DNA of 64,000 nt from Squalus acanthias (lineage: Eukaryota): contig CM059432.1 of NCBI GenBank assembly GCA_030390025.1, positions 31,622,001 to 31,686,000 on the forward strand, read 5' to 3'. Position numbers and translations under genes: made by a program. Below the pieces are notes generated by a model. That model saw only the letters and a program-made list of their open reading frames with translations. It was not told where the DNA came from and did not search any database. Of the stretch, positions 49,216 through 60,711 are shown piece by piece (position 1 is the first letter of the stretch; every line of letters starts with the position of its first letter).

Positions 49216-49420
49216 TAGAAACTTTGCACCTCAGGCTAAACCAAGGCCCCAGGTGGATGTCAAAAATCCCATGGGTCTATTTGAAGAAGAGCAGAGAGTT
49301 CTCTAATGTCCTGCCCAACATTACTCTATTAACCAACACCATTTATCTCATTTGCCGTTTATGCGATCTCGCTGTGCACAAAATTGGCTGCTGCAGCACT
49401 ATAAATAATAAGGCACCAAA

Positions 49421-49873
49421 AGAAAGAAGGACTTGCATTTATATAGCACCTTTCACGACCACTGGACAAAGCGATTTACAGCCAATGAAGTACTTTTTTT
49501 GAAGTGTAGTCACTGTTGTAATGTAGGAAACATTAGAAACATAGCAAGTTCCCACAAGCAGCAATGTGATAATGACCAGATTATCTGTTTTTCCGTGATA
49601 TTGATTGAGGGATAAATATTGGCCCGGACACCGGGGATGACTCCCCTGCTCTTCTCTGAAATAGTGCCATTGGATCTTTTACGCCCATCTGTGAGAGCAG
49701 ACGGGGCCTCGGTTTAACGTCTCGTCCAAAAGGCAGCATCTCCGACAGTGCAGCATTCCCTCAGTACTGCACTGGAGTGTCAGCATAGGTTTTTGCGCTC
49801 AAATCTCTGGATTGAACCCAGAACTATTCCGATTCAGAGGCGAGGGTGCAACCAACTGAGCCGTGTCTGACAC
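49421..49873 (-). mobile_element. DeuSINE (SacSINE1-like), full length
   Basis: Reverse complement of the family consensus seen in this window. Confidence 0.87.
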
Positions 49874-49919
49874 TATAAATGCAGTTATTTTATCTTCTTC
49901 TTGAAAATAGGGGCCACGT

Positions 49920-50750
49920 TAGTTTGTTTTATACTCAACTATTCCACAGGTCTTCTGGTTGGCCTCCCATCTTCAACCCTCCGTAAACTTCATCTCATCC
50001 AAAGCTCTGCTGCCCACATCCTGACTTACATCAATTCTCGGTCACCCATCACCTCTGTGCTCGACCTACATTGGCTCCCGTTCCAGTAACTCCTCAAATT
50101 TAAAATTCTCATCCTTGTGTTCCAATCCCTCAATGGCTTTGCCCCTCCCTATCTCTATAACCTCTCCAGCCCTACAACCTTCCAAGAACTCTGCGATCCT
50201 CCAATTCTGGCCTCTTGTGCATCCCCGTTTTTCTTCGCCCATTAGCGGCCATGTCTTCAACTGTCTAGGCCCTAAGCTCTGGAATTCCCTCTCTACCGCT
50301 CTATCGTCCTTTAAGACACTTCTTAAAATCTACCTCTTTTACCAAGCTTTTGGTCACCTGTCCTAACATCTCATGTGGCTTGGTGTCAAATTTTGTTTGA
50401 TTACGCTCCCGTGAAGCGCCTTGGGATGTTTACTATGTGAAGTCGCTATATAAATGCAAGTTGTTGTTGTTGTGGTTGTTGATTCTAGCCACTTGCGAAT
50501 CCCCCGTCCCTTCGTCCCACATAGGCGACGGTGCCTATAGGCGCCTGGGTGCCATGCTCTGGAAATCCCTCTGTAAACCTCTCTGCCTCTCTCCTTCCCA
50601 TCCTCCTTAAACCCATCTCTTTGATCAAGTTGCTGGTCACCCTCCTAATCTCTCCTTTAGCTAGGCTTCCGTTTTCCTTACACACCTCTGGAATACCTTG
50701 GTACATTCTTTAACGTAAAAGGTGCTATAAAAATGGAAGTTGTTGTTGTG
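49920..50750 (+). mobile_element. two L2 3' fragments in tandem
   Basis: LNYSTGLLVGLPSSTL...LDLHWLP. (gtt)n tails at about 50470 and 50748. Confidence 0.82.
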
Positions 50751-51299
50751 GTATTCATCAAATGATTGTGACAATGCCATGGGCTATTTACTAATTTATA
50801 TAAAAAAAACTTCCTAACCGGTGTGTAACTGCATTCTGCTTGTTCTCTATTTGCCCATGTGAAGTTTATCTGTCAGCTGCTGGTTTCTGTAATTCTCCTC
50901 CAAAACCATGTGTTACAACCTCCCTCCCTGCCTTCGAAAGCCTCTGATAAACCATATCTCTCTGATTGTTCCTTCGTTTTGCCTTCCCATAAATTCATTC
51001 ACTTCTTGCTCCCCTTTGTAAGAAATGTACCTGTGTGAGGAGCACTATATAATATCAGTTGCTCTATGACATGATCAATATGAAGCTCCGTGGCATGTTT
51101 AAAGAATGAATTGACACAGTGTCACGTGGTCATTTTAGTCCTTGGGCCACAGGTTTGAACTAATGATGGATATCCAGATCCTTGCCTGATTTTGCTTGGT
51201 TAAACAAGAGGTGAGAGCCCGAGGACTAACTCAGTGTCGACTGGGGTTCAAACAGGAAACCCGATTGCTCTGTATGGTTCAGTGCCTCAGCAGACAGAT

Positions 51300-52800
51300 T
51301 TTTTTTTTTATTCGTTGGTGGGATGTGTGCGTCGGTGGCAAGGCCAGCATTTATTGCCCATCCTTAATTGCCCTTAAGAACGTAGTGGTGAGCTGCCTTC
51401 TTGAACCAGTGCAGTCTGTGTGGTGAAGGTACTCCCACAGTACTGTTCGGGAGGGAGTTCCAGGATTTTGACCCAGCGACGATGAAGGAACGGCAATATA
51501 TTTCCAAGTCAGGGTGGTGTGTGACTTGGAGGGGAACTTGGAGGTGATAGTGTTCCCATGCGCCTGCTGCCCTTGTCCTTCTAGGTGGTAGAGGTTGTGG
51601 GTTTGGGAGGTGCTGTTGAAGAATCCTTGGCAAGTTGCTGCAGTGCATCTTGTAGATGGGACTTGAATCTACGACCTTCTGCCTGAGAGGCGAAAGTACT
51701 ACCCACTGAACCCAGGTTGACTACAATCAAAGTGAAGTCGCAAGCAATGGTAGTGGATGGGGTGCCAAGTGGGCTGCTTTGTCTTGATGGCGTTGAGCTT
51801 CTTGAGTGTTGTTGGAGCTGCACTCATCCAGGCAAGTGAAGAATATTCCATCACACTCCTGACCTGTGCTTTGTAGATGGTACAAAGACTTTGGGGGAGT
51901 AAGGAGGTGAGACAATCGCCGTAGATTAGCCAGTCTCTGACCTGCTCTTGTAGCCACAGTATTTATGTGGCTGGTCCAGTTAAGTTTCTGGGTGACCCCC
52001 AGGATGTTGATGGTGGGGGATTCAGCGATGGTAATGCCGTTGAATGTCAAGGGGTGATGGTTAGACTCTCGCTTGTTGGAGATATTCATTGCCTGGCACT
52101 TGTGTGGCGCCAATGTTGCTTGCCAACTTATCAGCCCAAGCCTGAATGTCATCCAGGTCTTGTTGCATTCAGGCATGGACTGTTTCATTATCTAAGGAGT
52201 TGCAAATGGAACTGAACACTGTGCAATCATCAGCGAACATCCTTACTTCTGACATTATGATGGAGGGAAGGTCATTGGCAAAGCAGCTAAAGATAGTTGG
52301 GACTAGGACACTGCCCTGAGGAACTCCTGCAGCTATGTCCTGGAGTTGAGATGATTAACCTCCAACAACCACAACCATCTTCCTTTGTGCTAGGTATGAC
52401 TCCAGCCAGTGGAGAATTTTCCCCGATTCCCATTGACTTCAATTTTACTAAGGCTCCTTGATGCCACACTCGGTCAAATGCTGCCTTGATATCAACTCTC
52501 CCCTCATCTCTGGAATTCAGCTCTTTTGTCCATGTTTGGACCAAGGCTGCAATGAGGTCTTGAGCTGAGTGGTCCTGCCGGAACCCAAACTGAGCATCGG
52601 TGAGCAGGTTATTGGTGAGTAACTGCCACTTGATAGCACTGTTGACGACACCTTCCATCACTTTGCTGATGATTGAGAGTAAACTGATGGGACGGTAATT
52701 GGCCGGATAGCCTTTGCTGTATCCAATGCGCTCAGACGTTTCTTGATATCACGTGGAGTGAATCGAATTGGCTGAAGACTGGCTTCTGTGATGGTGGGGA
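51300..52800 (-). mobile_element. family-B CR1/L2-group LINE RT and 3' end (continues at about 60215-60460 beyond the Gypsy)
   Basis: LLTDAQFGFRQDHSAQD, DIKAAFDRVWH, MFADD remnant, SWNSLP. Same tail as 1-507. Confidence 0.88.
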
Positions 52801-54748
52801 CAGGAGGACCACCAGGACCAGAATTAGGACTACCACCACCACCCATTTCTCAAATGGAACCCATTTTATGTTTCCAAATTCTACTAAAGAATTCTGTAAC
52901 ACAAACAAAAGATATGAACTTATTTTCCATATTTACAGATTAATCTTAACCACTGGTTTTCTGTTTCGAAGAGGATACCTTCTTTCTTGAACAGAACTTT
53001 CAGATCTTGTTGTAGGACTTTGACTCATTCTTGGCTGAGCCTGCAGAGAATTTTTCTCCAAGGGCTGACCTTGATCTACATTTGGACTCTCTACACTATT
53101 AGACTGTTTGTCTGCCTGATTCGGGCTCATGCTTAAATTCTGACTTTGTCTTGAACTTGTTTCTGATACGTCTGATGTAGGATTTGCTACTGGTACTCTA
53201 CTTGTAACAAGACTATCTGATTCATCAGAATAAATTGAAACATCCCAGTTTTCAACTCCTTCCACATCTGTAGGCAAGATATGGTCAATGTGAACAAACC
53301 TAACATTTCCATGATCAAACATCTTGATCAAATATGTGCGAGGACCACATATCTTCACTACTCTTCCTGGTAACCACTTTAACCACTTATGGTGATGATT
53401 CTTCACTCTATCATTCTGGTTCAACTTCACACTTCTCTCTAACTCTACCTTTATCATGACTCTCTGCCTCGATTGTTTCTCTTCTACGGATTGTGCCAAG
53501 TTTGGCTTTAACAAAGAGAACCTGGTTCAAGGCTGTCGTTTGAGAAACAACTCTGCTGGTTTTCTACCAGTAGTGGTATGAGGAGTATTCCAATAGGTAA
53601 TCAGAAAATTTGCCAGTTTGTGGTCCAACGACAACTGACATTTCTTTGGATTTGGATCCAACATTTGTTTGATGAGGGCATGTTTGACAATTTGTACTGT
53701 GCGCTCTGCTGCACCATTTGAAGCAGGGTGGTACGGTGGAACTTTGGTATGTTTCACACCATTTCTGCTCATGAACTGTGTGAGCTCTTCTGAACAAAAT
53801 TGCGGCCCATTATCAGACACAATTTCTTCTGGGAGGCTGATGAAGAAAACAATCTTCGCAAATTGTCTAATGTTTTGCTTGTTGTTATTATCCGCATCAG
53901 AAACTCCTCTACCCACTTCGAGTGACTATCTATCACTATGAACAATTGCTGTCCTTCTAGCTCCGCAAAATCTACATGAAACCTTTGCCACACTCTGGGA
54001 GGCCATTTCCATAGCTGTAATGGTGGTTTCTTGCTCACCGATTGACATGTTGTACACTGACTGACTATGTACTCTATCTCTTTATCTAAACCTAGCCACC
54101 ATAAGTAACTGCGTGCAAAGCTCTTGGTCAAGCACATTCCCAGGTGCTGGTCATGAAGATCTCCTAACAATTTAGACCTGAACCTATTTGGGATAACCAC
54201 TTTTACTCCCCACATGATACGATCTTTATCCACTGACAATTCATTCCTACGAACAAAGTATGGATCTATATCTTCCTCTGATACCTGGTTTGGCCTTCCA
54301 TTTGCTATGTAATCATACACCTTTGACATAATTGGGTCACGTTTGGTTGCCCTACCAATCTCTTCAGCTGTGACTGGCAGCTCATCAATGTATGAGAAAT
54401 AGAACACTTCTTCCTTGTTGCAAGTAGCTTGTGATGGGGATGGCAACCTGGACATAGCATCAACATTACTGTGATCAGCTGATCATCTGTACTCAATGTC
54501 ATACATATACACTGACAAAATCAAAGCCCATCTCTGCACTTGGGCTGCAGAGGATTGCTGTCAGGGGCTTATGGTCAGTAACTATGGTAAACTTATGACC
54601 AAACAAGTATATGTAAAACTTCTTGACCCCAAAAATCAATGACAAAGCTTTCCTTTCGATCTGAGCATAATCCCACTTACTGGCACTGAGAGTGCGTGAA
54701 GCAAAAGCAGTCTCCCCTCCCCACTATCTTAAATGAGTGATCACTGTC

Positions 54749-55163
54749 AGGGGCGTGTCAGGTTGTTTTCGTGTCAGAACCCCGACTCCGATGTGAAATG
54801 GGAAAAAAGTGCGATTTTTCCCTAATTGGGTACTTGATTTCCAGAGTGTGGAAACCCCTGGGCCAATGAGTCTTTTCACACAGAAAGTCGCCTCCGATGA
54901 CATCATCAATGCTGCTGGATTTAAGGCCTGCAAGCAGCCTTGCTTCTTCTGGAGAATTTAAACTTTATGCCCATTGTTGTGATCGCTTCATTCAGCAACT
55001 ATGTCCAGCAGTCGGCCAAAGTGTGCTCCAAGGTTCGATGAGGCCTCCCTCCAAGCTCTGGTGGAGGGAGCAAGATCAAATAAGGAGGTGCTCTTCCCTT
55101 CCTCAGGGAGGAAAAAGCCTCCCCAGCAGACTAAAGCTGTGTGGATGCAAATGGCCCAGGAGG
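54749..55163 (+). mobile_element. fragment of a related Harbinger: left subterminus and Myb exon 1
   Basis: gaaagtcgcctccgatgacatcatc as at 13017-13041. Translates MSSSRPKCAPRFDEASLQALVEGARSNKEVLFPSSGRKKPPQQTKAVW from about 55001. Confidence 0.85.
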
Positions 55164-57015
55164 ATAGTACCTAGCCTGTGCTTGGAACATCTCCTCCTTA
55201 AAGATCACCCATTGTTCCATTACAGTTTTTCCTGTCAGTCTTTGGTTCCATTTTACCCTGGCTAGATCCTTTCACATCCCATTGAAGTTAGCCCTATTCC
55301 AGTTTAGAAGTTCCACTCTACATTGTTCCTTGCTCCTCTCCATTGCTATTCTAAATCTTATGATACCCAAGTGTTCTCCTACAGACACTTGGTCGACCTG
55401 GCCCACCTCATTCCCCAGCACCAGATCCAGAAATGCCTCCTTCCTAGTTGGGCCAAGAACATACTGGTCAAGGAAATTCTCCTGAACACATTTCAGAAAT
55501 TCCTCCTCCTCCTTTCCCTTTACCCTAGCATTATCCCAATCGATATTTGGGTAATTGAAAGTCCCCCAATATCACCACTCTATATCTCTTGCATATCGCT
55601 GCGATTTCCCTGCAGATTTGCTCCTCTACCTCCCTCTCACTATTTGGAGGCCTATAGAATACCCCCAATAGCGTGATCATACCCTTTTTGCTCCTCAACT
55701 CTAACCAAATGGATTGTGTCCTTGTCCCCTCAAGAACATCCTTCCTTTCCAACACTACAATGTCTTCCTTAATCAGCACTGCCACCCCACCTCCCTTTTT
55801 TCCTTCCCTATCTTTTCTGAACACCTTGTACCCTTGAAAATTAAGTGCCCAGTCCTCACCGTTTTTAAGCCACGTTTCTGTTATTGCCACAACATATTGC
55901 CACACGGCTAATTGTGCTTGTAGCTCACCAACCTTATTCACCACACTTTGTGCGTTTACGTACATGCATTCTAAACTCATTTTTGAATTTTTCGTAGTCT
56001 TTCTTAGTCTGCTCCTATCTAATATGGTACTACTTCCTCCTCTAGTACTACTTTCTTCTCTAGTACTATCCAACACACTCACTCTTTTATGCACCTTATT
56101 CCTCTTTTCTACTCCTATATGCTGGTGCCCATCCCCCTGCCAAGCTAGTTTGAACCCTCCCCAACAGCACTAGCAAACCTCTCCGCGAGAATATTGGTCC
56201 CGACTCTGTTGAGGTGTAACACGTCCGGCTTGTACAGGTCCCACCTTTCCCAGAAACAGTCCCAATGCCTCAGGAATCTAAAGCCCTCCCTCCCATCTCT
56301 CCAGCCACGCATTCATCTGTTCTATCCTCCTATTCCTGTACTCACTAGCACGTGGCACTGGGAGTAATCTGGAGATTACTACCTTTGAGGTCCTGCTTTT
56401 TAATCTCTTTCCTAGCTCCCTATAGTCTGCCTGCAGGGCCTGATCCCTCTTTCTACCTATGTCGTTGGGACCGATATGGACAACAACCTCTGGTTGTACA
56501 CCCTCCCCCCTCAGAGTGTCCTGCAGCCGCTCAGTGACATCCTTGACCCTGGCACCAGGGAGGCAACATACCATCCTGGAGTCACGCCTGCGTCCACAGA
56601 AACGCCTATCTGTTCCCCTAACCAATGAATCCCCTGTCACTATTGCTCTTCTACTCTTTTTCCTCCCCCCCTGGGCAGCTGAGCCACTTGTTGTGCCATG
56701 GCCTTGGCTCTGCCTGCTCTCCCCAGAGGAACCATCACCCCCACCAGATGCACTCTGGGGATTCCTGCCCTACCTGTCTGGTCCTCCTTCTCTGTCTGGT
56801 GGTCACATTCCCTCTCTGCCTGCACATTCTGAGGCTGCGGGGTGACCACTTCTAGAAACGTGCTTTCCAAGTATTTCTCAGCCTCGCGGTGGCACTGTAG
56901 TGTCTCTAGCTGCCACTCAAGCTCCAAAACCCAGAGCTCGAGTTGCTGCAGTTGGCGACACTTCCTGCACACGTGGTCATCCAGGAGGCATCCAGGATTT
57001 CCCACATGGCACACA
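55164..57015 (-). mobile_element. CR1 5' part (ORF1 Cys finger and esterase, ORF2 endonuclease) inside Gypsy pol
   Basis: HVCRKC, GDSLVRGTDRRFC...VVVHIGPND, CMYVNAQS...ITETWL...LGDF. Confidence 0.92.
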
Positions 57016-58229
57016 GTATGTGCAAATCACGGGATGTAACAATGTAGCCAAGTTTGGGAGAAACTTTCCATAATAATTCAAAAGACCCAAAAATGATCGA
57101 AGTTCAGAGACATTCTTGGGAGTGGGTGCATCTCTGATTGCATCCAGCTTTCCCTTGGTTGGATGTAAACCATCTTTGTCTACTCTGTGCCCTAAGTACT
57201 CCACTGAGTTTTGAAACAACTCACACTTGTGAGCAGTCACTCGTACTCTGCGCTTCTCTAGCCATTTGAGCGCTTCATTCAACACCTCATCATGGATTTG
57301 CCTGTTTGGTGCTGAAATGAGTATGTCATCCAAATAACACACTACCCCTTAAATCCCTTGCAAAATTTGGTTCATCACCCCCTGGAATATGTCGGGGGCA
57401 GAAGATACTCCAAATAGTAGCCTATTGAACTGATATAGGCCTTGGTGAGTATTTATAGTCAAGCATGACTTGGATGCTTCATCTAACTCAAGTTGTAGGT
57501 AGGCATTTGTTCAAAGTTAGATCTAAGAGATCTGACTACCTGCCAGCGTTGTGAACAAATCTTCCACATTTGGCAACCTATTGGGTAGATTACACACTGG
57601 AACCTGGTTTACGGTTACCTTATAATAACCACACAATCTTACCTTACCATCTGACTTAGGTACAACAACAATGGGTGTAGCCCAATTACTCAGATCTACC
57701 TTAGAGATAATGTTCTCAGTTTCTAGTCTTTTGCGTTCTTGCTCAACTTTCTCCTTGAGTGCATATGGTACGGGATTTGGCTTGTAGTAAACTGGTCTTG
57801 CGTCCTTCTGCACTCTGACACTCGCCTGGAAGTCTTGGATTGGACTGCCCGTTTCGCTGAACACCTTCGGATACTGCTTGATGACATCATCTTTCAATGC
57901 AAATTTTGCTTCCACACGAAAAATCTCATTCCAATCCAGCTTCAGTGATCCCAACCATTTCTAACTATCAAGGCAGGCGTGTCTCCTGCCACTACTATGA
58001 CAGGCAAGCTCTGACACTGATCCTTGTATTTCACTGGTATGGTGACACTTCCTACTGCAGGGATTTGCTCTCCTGAGTAGCCTCCCAGCTCTACCTTCAA
58101 TTTCTCTAGTCGATAATCATGCAACTTGTCGCGATATAGTGATTCCGGTACTACGCTCACAGATGCACCAGTGTCGATTTCCATGGCTATCCCAGTTCCT
58201 GCAACATCTACTTGGATGACGATACCTCG

Positions 58230-58775
58230 TGTTAGGGAGAAATCAATTCACTCCAGTCTGTGTTGATAGGTAAAAGCAAACAGTTTATTTAATATTCAGA
58301 GATCTCTGGGAGAAGCGTCATAGACCTTACCCGGGCTAGTGACCACGGCTTCTCGACCTCCCGTTGTCAATTACAACCTTTTATTTAAGAATTATCCAAT
58401 CACATTGTTACAAAATATCACATGATTACAATTATGTCAATTCAAACTAAACCAGTTAATTCGTTATATTTCTTATCTTTGTCAACTACAAACTAAAAAC
58501 AATTATCCAATTACATATATATGCTGCAAGCAATGTTTGTTGGGAATCACATTCTATGTTTTGCTGGGTGCTGGGTCTTATCTCATTCTCACGCTTGTCC
58601 ATTGTATTTCTCTACAGTTGCCCATTATATTCTGTCCTTGAATGAAGCTAGGCAGCCAATCCTTATCAATCCTTATCATCCACCCGTTGCTTCTTATTCT
58701 ATTTCGTACATAACTTCCATTCCCTTTACAGCTAAGAGAGGTTTAATTTAACATGAGTTCAAATTAACCCTTTCA
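58230..58775 (-). mobile_element. solo LTR (546 bp), ERV class I-like or Gypsy
   Basis: TG...CA ends (minus TGAAAGGG...CCCTAACA), 4-bp TSD CTCG (58226-58229; 58776-58779), CCAAT motifs and a minus-strand AATAAA. Removing it rejoins the Gypsy frame SDLR|GIVIQVDVAG. Confidence 0.88.
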
Positions 58776-59847
58776 CTCGCAAATCGCTGTTAGATACTGT
58801 CTTGCTCCTGATGACGTGAATCTCCAGAAACTCCTCATCCTGCTGCTTCTCTTCAACGGTATGTAGAGTCTGGCGATTTCTACTTCTAGTATTGCCAGTT
58901 GGTTTACTTTTCTGTCGGCACACCTTTGCAAGATGCCCAGTTTTCTTGCAGTTGAAACACTCTGCCTTCACATATGGACAGCTCTAAGCGATGTGTTGTC
59001 CCAGGCACCGATAGCACGACTTCAGTGCACTGTTACCTTGGCCAGTTGCTGAGGCCTTGGGGACCAACTGCCTTTTACTTTTAGCCTGCAGCCGATTCAC
59101 CTCAGTTGTCTGATGACTGGAAATGACACGGAACTCTCGGGAGTATTGGTCGGCCATATCCATCGACATAGCTGCCTGACAAGCTAAGTCAAAAGTCAAG
59201 TTAGGGGTTGTCAACAATTTACTTCTGATACGTTCATTTTTCAACCCACAAACAAAGCGGTCACGCAAAGCTCACTCCTGAAAGTTTCCGTAATGACAGT
59301 GAATGGATAGCTTTTTTAAAGCTGCAATGTACTCACTGATACCCTCGTCATTTAATTGATCACGTGTTCCAAAACGATAACTTCCTGCAATTTCTAGGGG
59401 CTCAGGACTGTAGTGCTGTTCTAACTTGGTTAGGATCTTCTTCAGTGGCGTGTCCTTCAGCTTGGCGGGAACAAGCAAATTTTTCAAGGTTCCATACACC
59501 TTGGGGCCTGCTTCAGTCAAAAAAAAGCCCATTTCATTTCTAAAACCGCCCGGTTATGGTTTACATCATCGGGGACTTCGATGATACTATTTGCGGTGAA
59601 AAACATTTTTACTGCTCCACATACACTCCGAAAGTCTCTCAGTCATGATGGAACTCACCCACGCGCCCTATTATTCCCATAGGTGCGGCCATCTGGACTC
59701 TGGCAACATCAGCAGTTCAGCCACATGTGCTCGAAATTTATCTCGGATGTTTAAGTTTTTCTGCAAAACAAAGAACCTCTAACAGTCCCTCCATCAGTTG
59801 GCAGGATTATTCGCCAACAAAAATTTCAGCTAGAGAATCCGCAATCG

Positions 59848-59861
59848 CATCCTCATCGCCA
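59848..59861 (-). other. primer binding site, tRNA-Ser(GCU)-like
   Basis: TGGCGATGAGGATG 4 nt downstream of the LTR end. One mismatch to the complement of the vertebrate tRNA-Ser(GCU) 3' end as recalled (TGGCGACGAGGATG). Confidence 0.75.
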
Positions 59862-59941
59862 ATTCTGTGATATCTTGGGACACAGTATACATATACACAT
59901 ATACACACACACAAACAGCACCACATGGCTTTATTATTATA

Positions 59942-60169
59942 CAAAAAGAAAATACTGCAGATGCTGGAAATCTGAAATAAAAACAGAAAATGCTGGAGAT
60001 ACTCAGCAGGTCAGGCAGCATCTGTGAAGAGAGAAACAGAGTTAACGTTTCAGGTCGATGACCTTTCATCAGAACTGACGAAAGGTCATCGACCTGAAAC
60101 GTTAACTCTGTTTCTCTCTTCACAGATGCTGCCTGACCTGCTGAGTATCTCCAGCATTTTCTGTTTTTA
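59942..60169. mobile_element. fold-back Penelope pLTR insertion in the Gypsy LTR, with hammerhead cores on both strands
   Basis: 12-bp TSD TTTATTATTATA (59930-59941; 60170-60181). 98-bp inverted arms. Confidence 0.9.
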
Positions 60170-60711
60170 TTTATTATTATATACATCAGTAGTCCACCAG
60201 GTGGCTCTATTACAGCCATCATGGAGGATGGGGATATTCATGGCGCCACCTCCTCCCATTAGTTGTTTCATTGTCCACCACCATTCACGACTGGATGTGG
60301 CAGAACTGCAGAGCTTTCATCTGATCCGTGACTGTGGGATCACTTAGCTCTATCCATAGCATGCTGCTTCCGCTGTTTAGCATGCATGTAGACCTGAGTT
60401 GTAGCTTCATTTTTAGGTACGCCTGGTGCTGCTCCTGGCATGCTCTTCTGCACTCCTCACTTAAGTTGCCTATAACTGAGGTCAGGTAAATAGGCCTGTA
60501 ATTTCTCAGTTTAGACATTGCCATTTTTGCATATTGGCTGCAAATCAGTCTCTATCGAGTGCTTGGGAACAATCCCAAAACCCAGCAAGCTGTTAAGTAT
60601 GGAAGCAAGTGAATTGAACAAAATATGCAACTGACAGAACAGCAGATTCAATTTTATATGGACAGCAAGCAGGAAGGAAAAATAAGCAACATGAATGATG
60701 CTCAAATAGCC

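Larger units (their letters stand above)
52860..60214 (-). mobile_element. decayed Ty3/Gypsy (Mag-like) LTR retrotransposon: 5' LTR 59866-60214, gag-pol 59692 to 52933, 3' LTR absent
   Basis: Gag with two Zn knuckles (CYRCLGQH..C, CFNCKKTGHLAKVC), protease DTGAS, RT (WATPIVVV, YLDD), RNase H (AFASRTL), integrase (HHCC, DFA, SDNGPQF, NGAAER). LTR TGTAATAG...GATATCACA. Confidence 0.93.

Noticed and set aside
55140..55165. CR1 insertion hotspot in Myb exon 1 (breaks at 13280 and 55163 are under 20 nt apart)
   Set aside because: Different CR1 subfamily, region and orientation, and the second junction looks like a deletion fusion. Two cases cannot be separated from coincidence.
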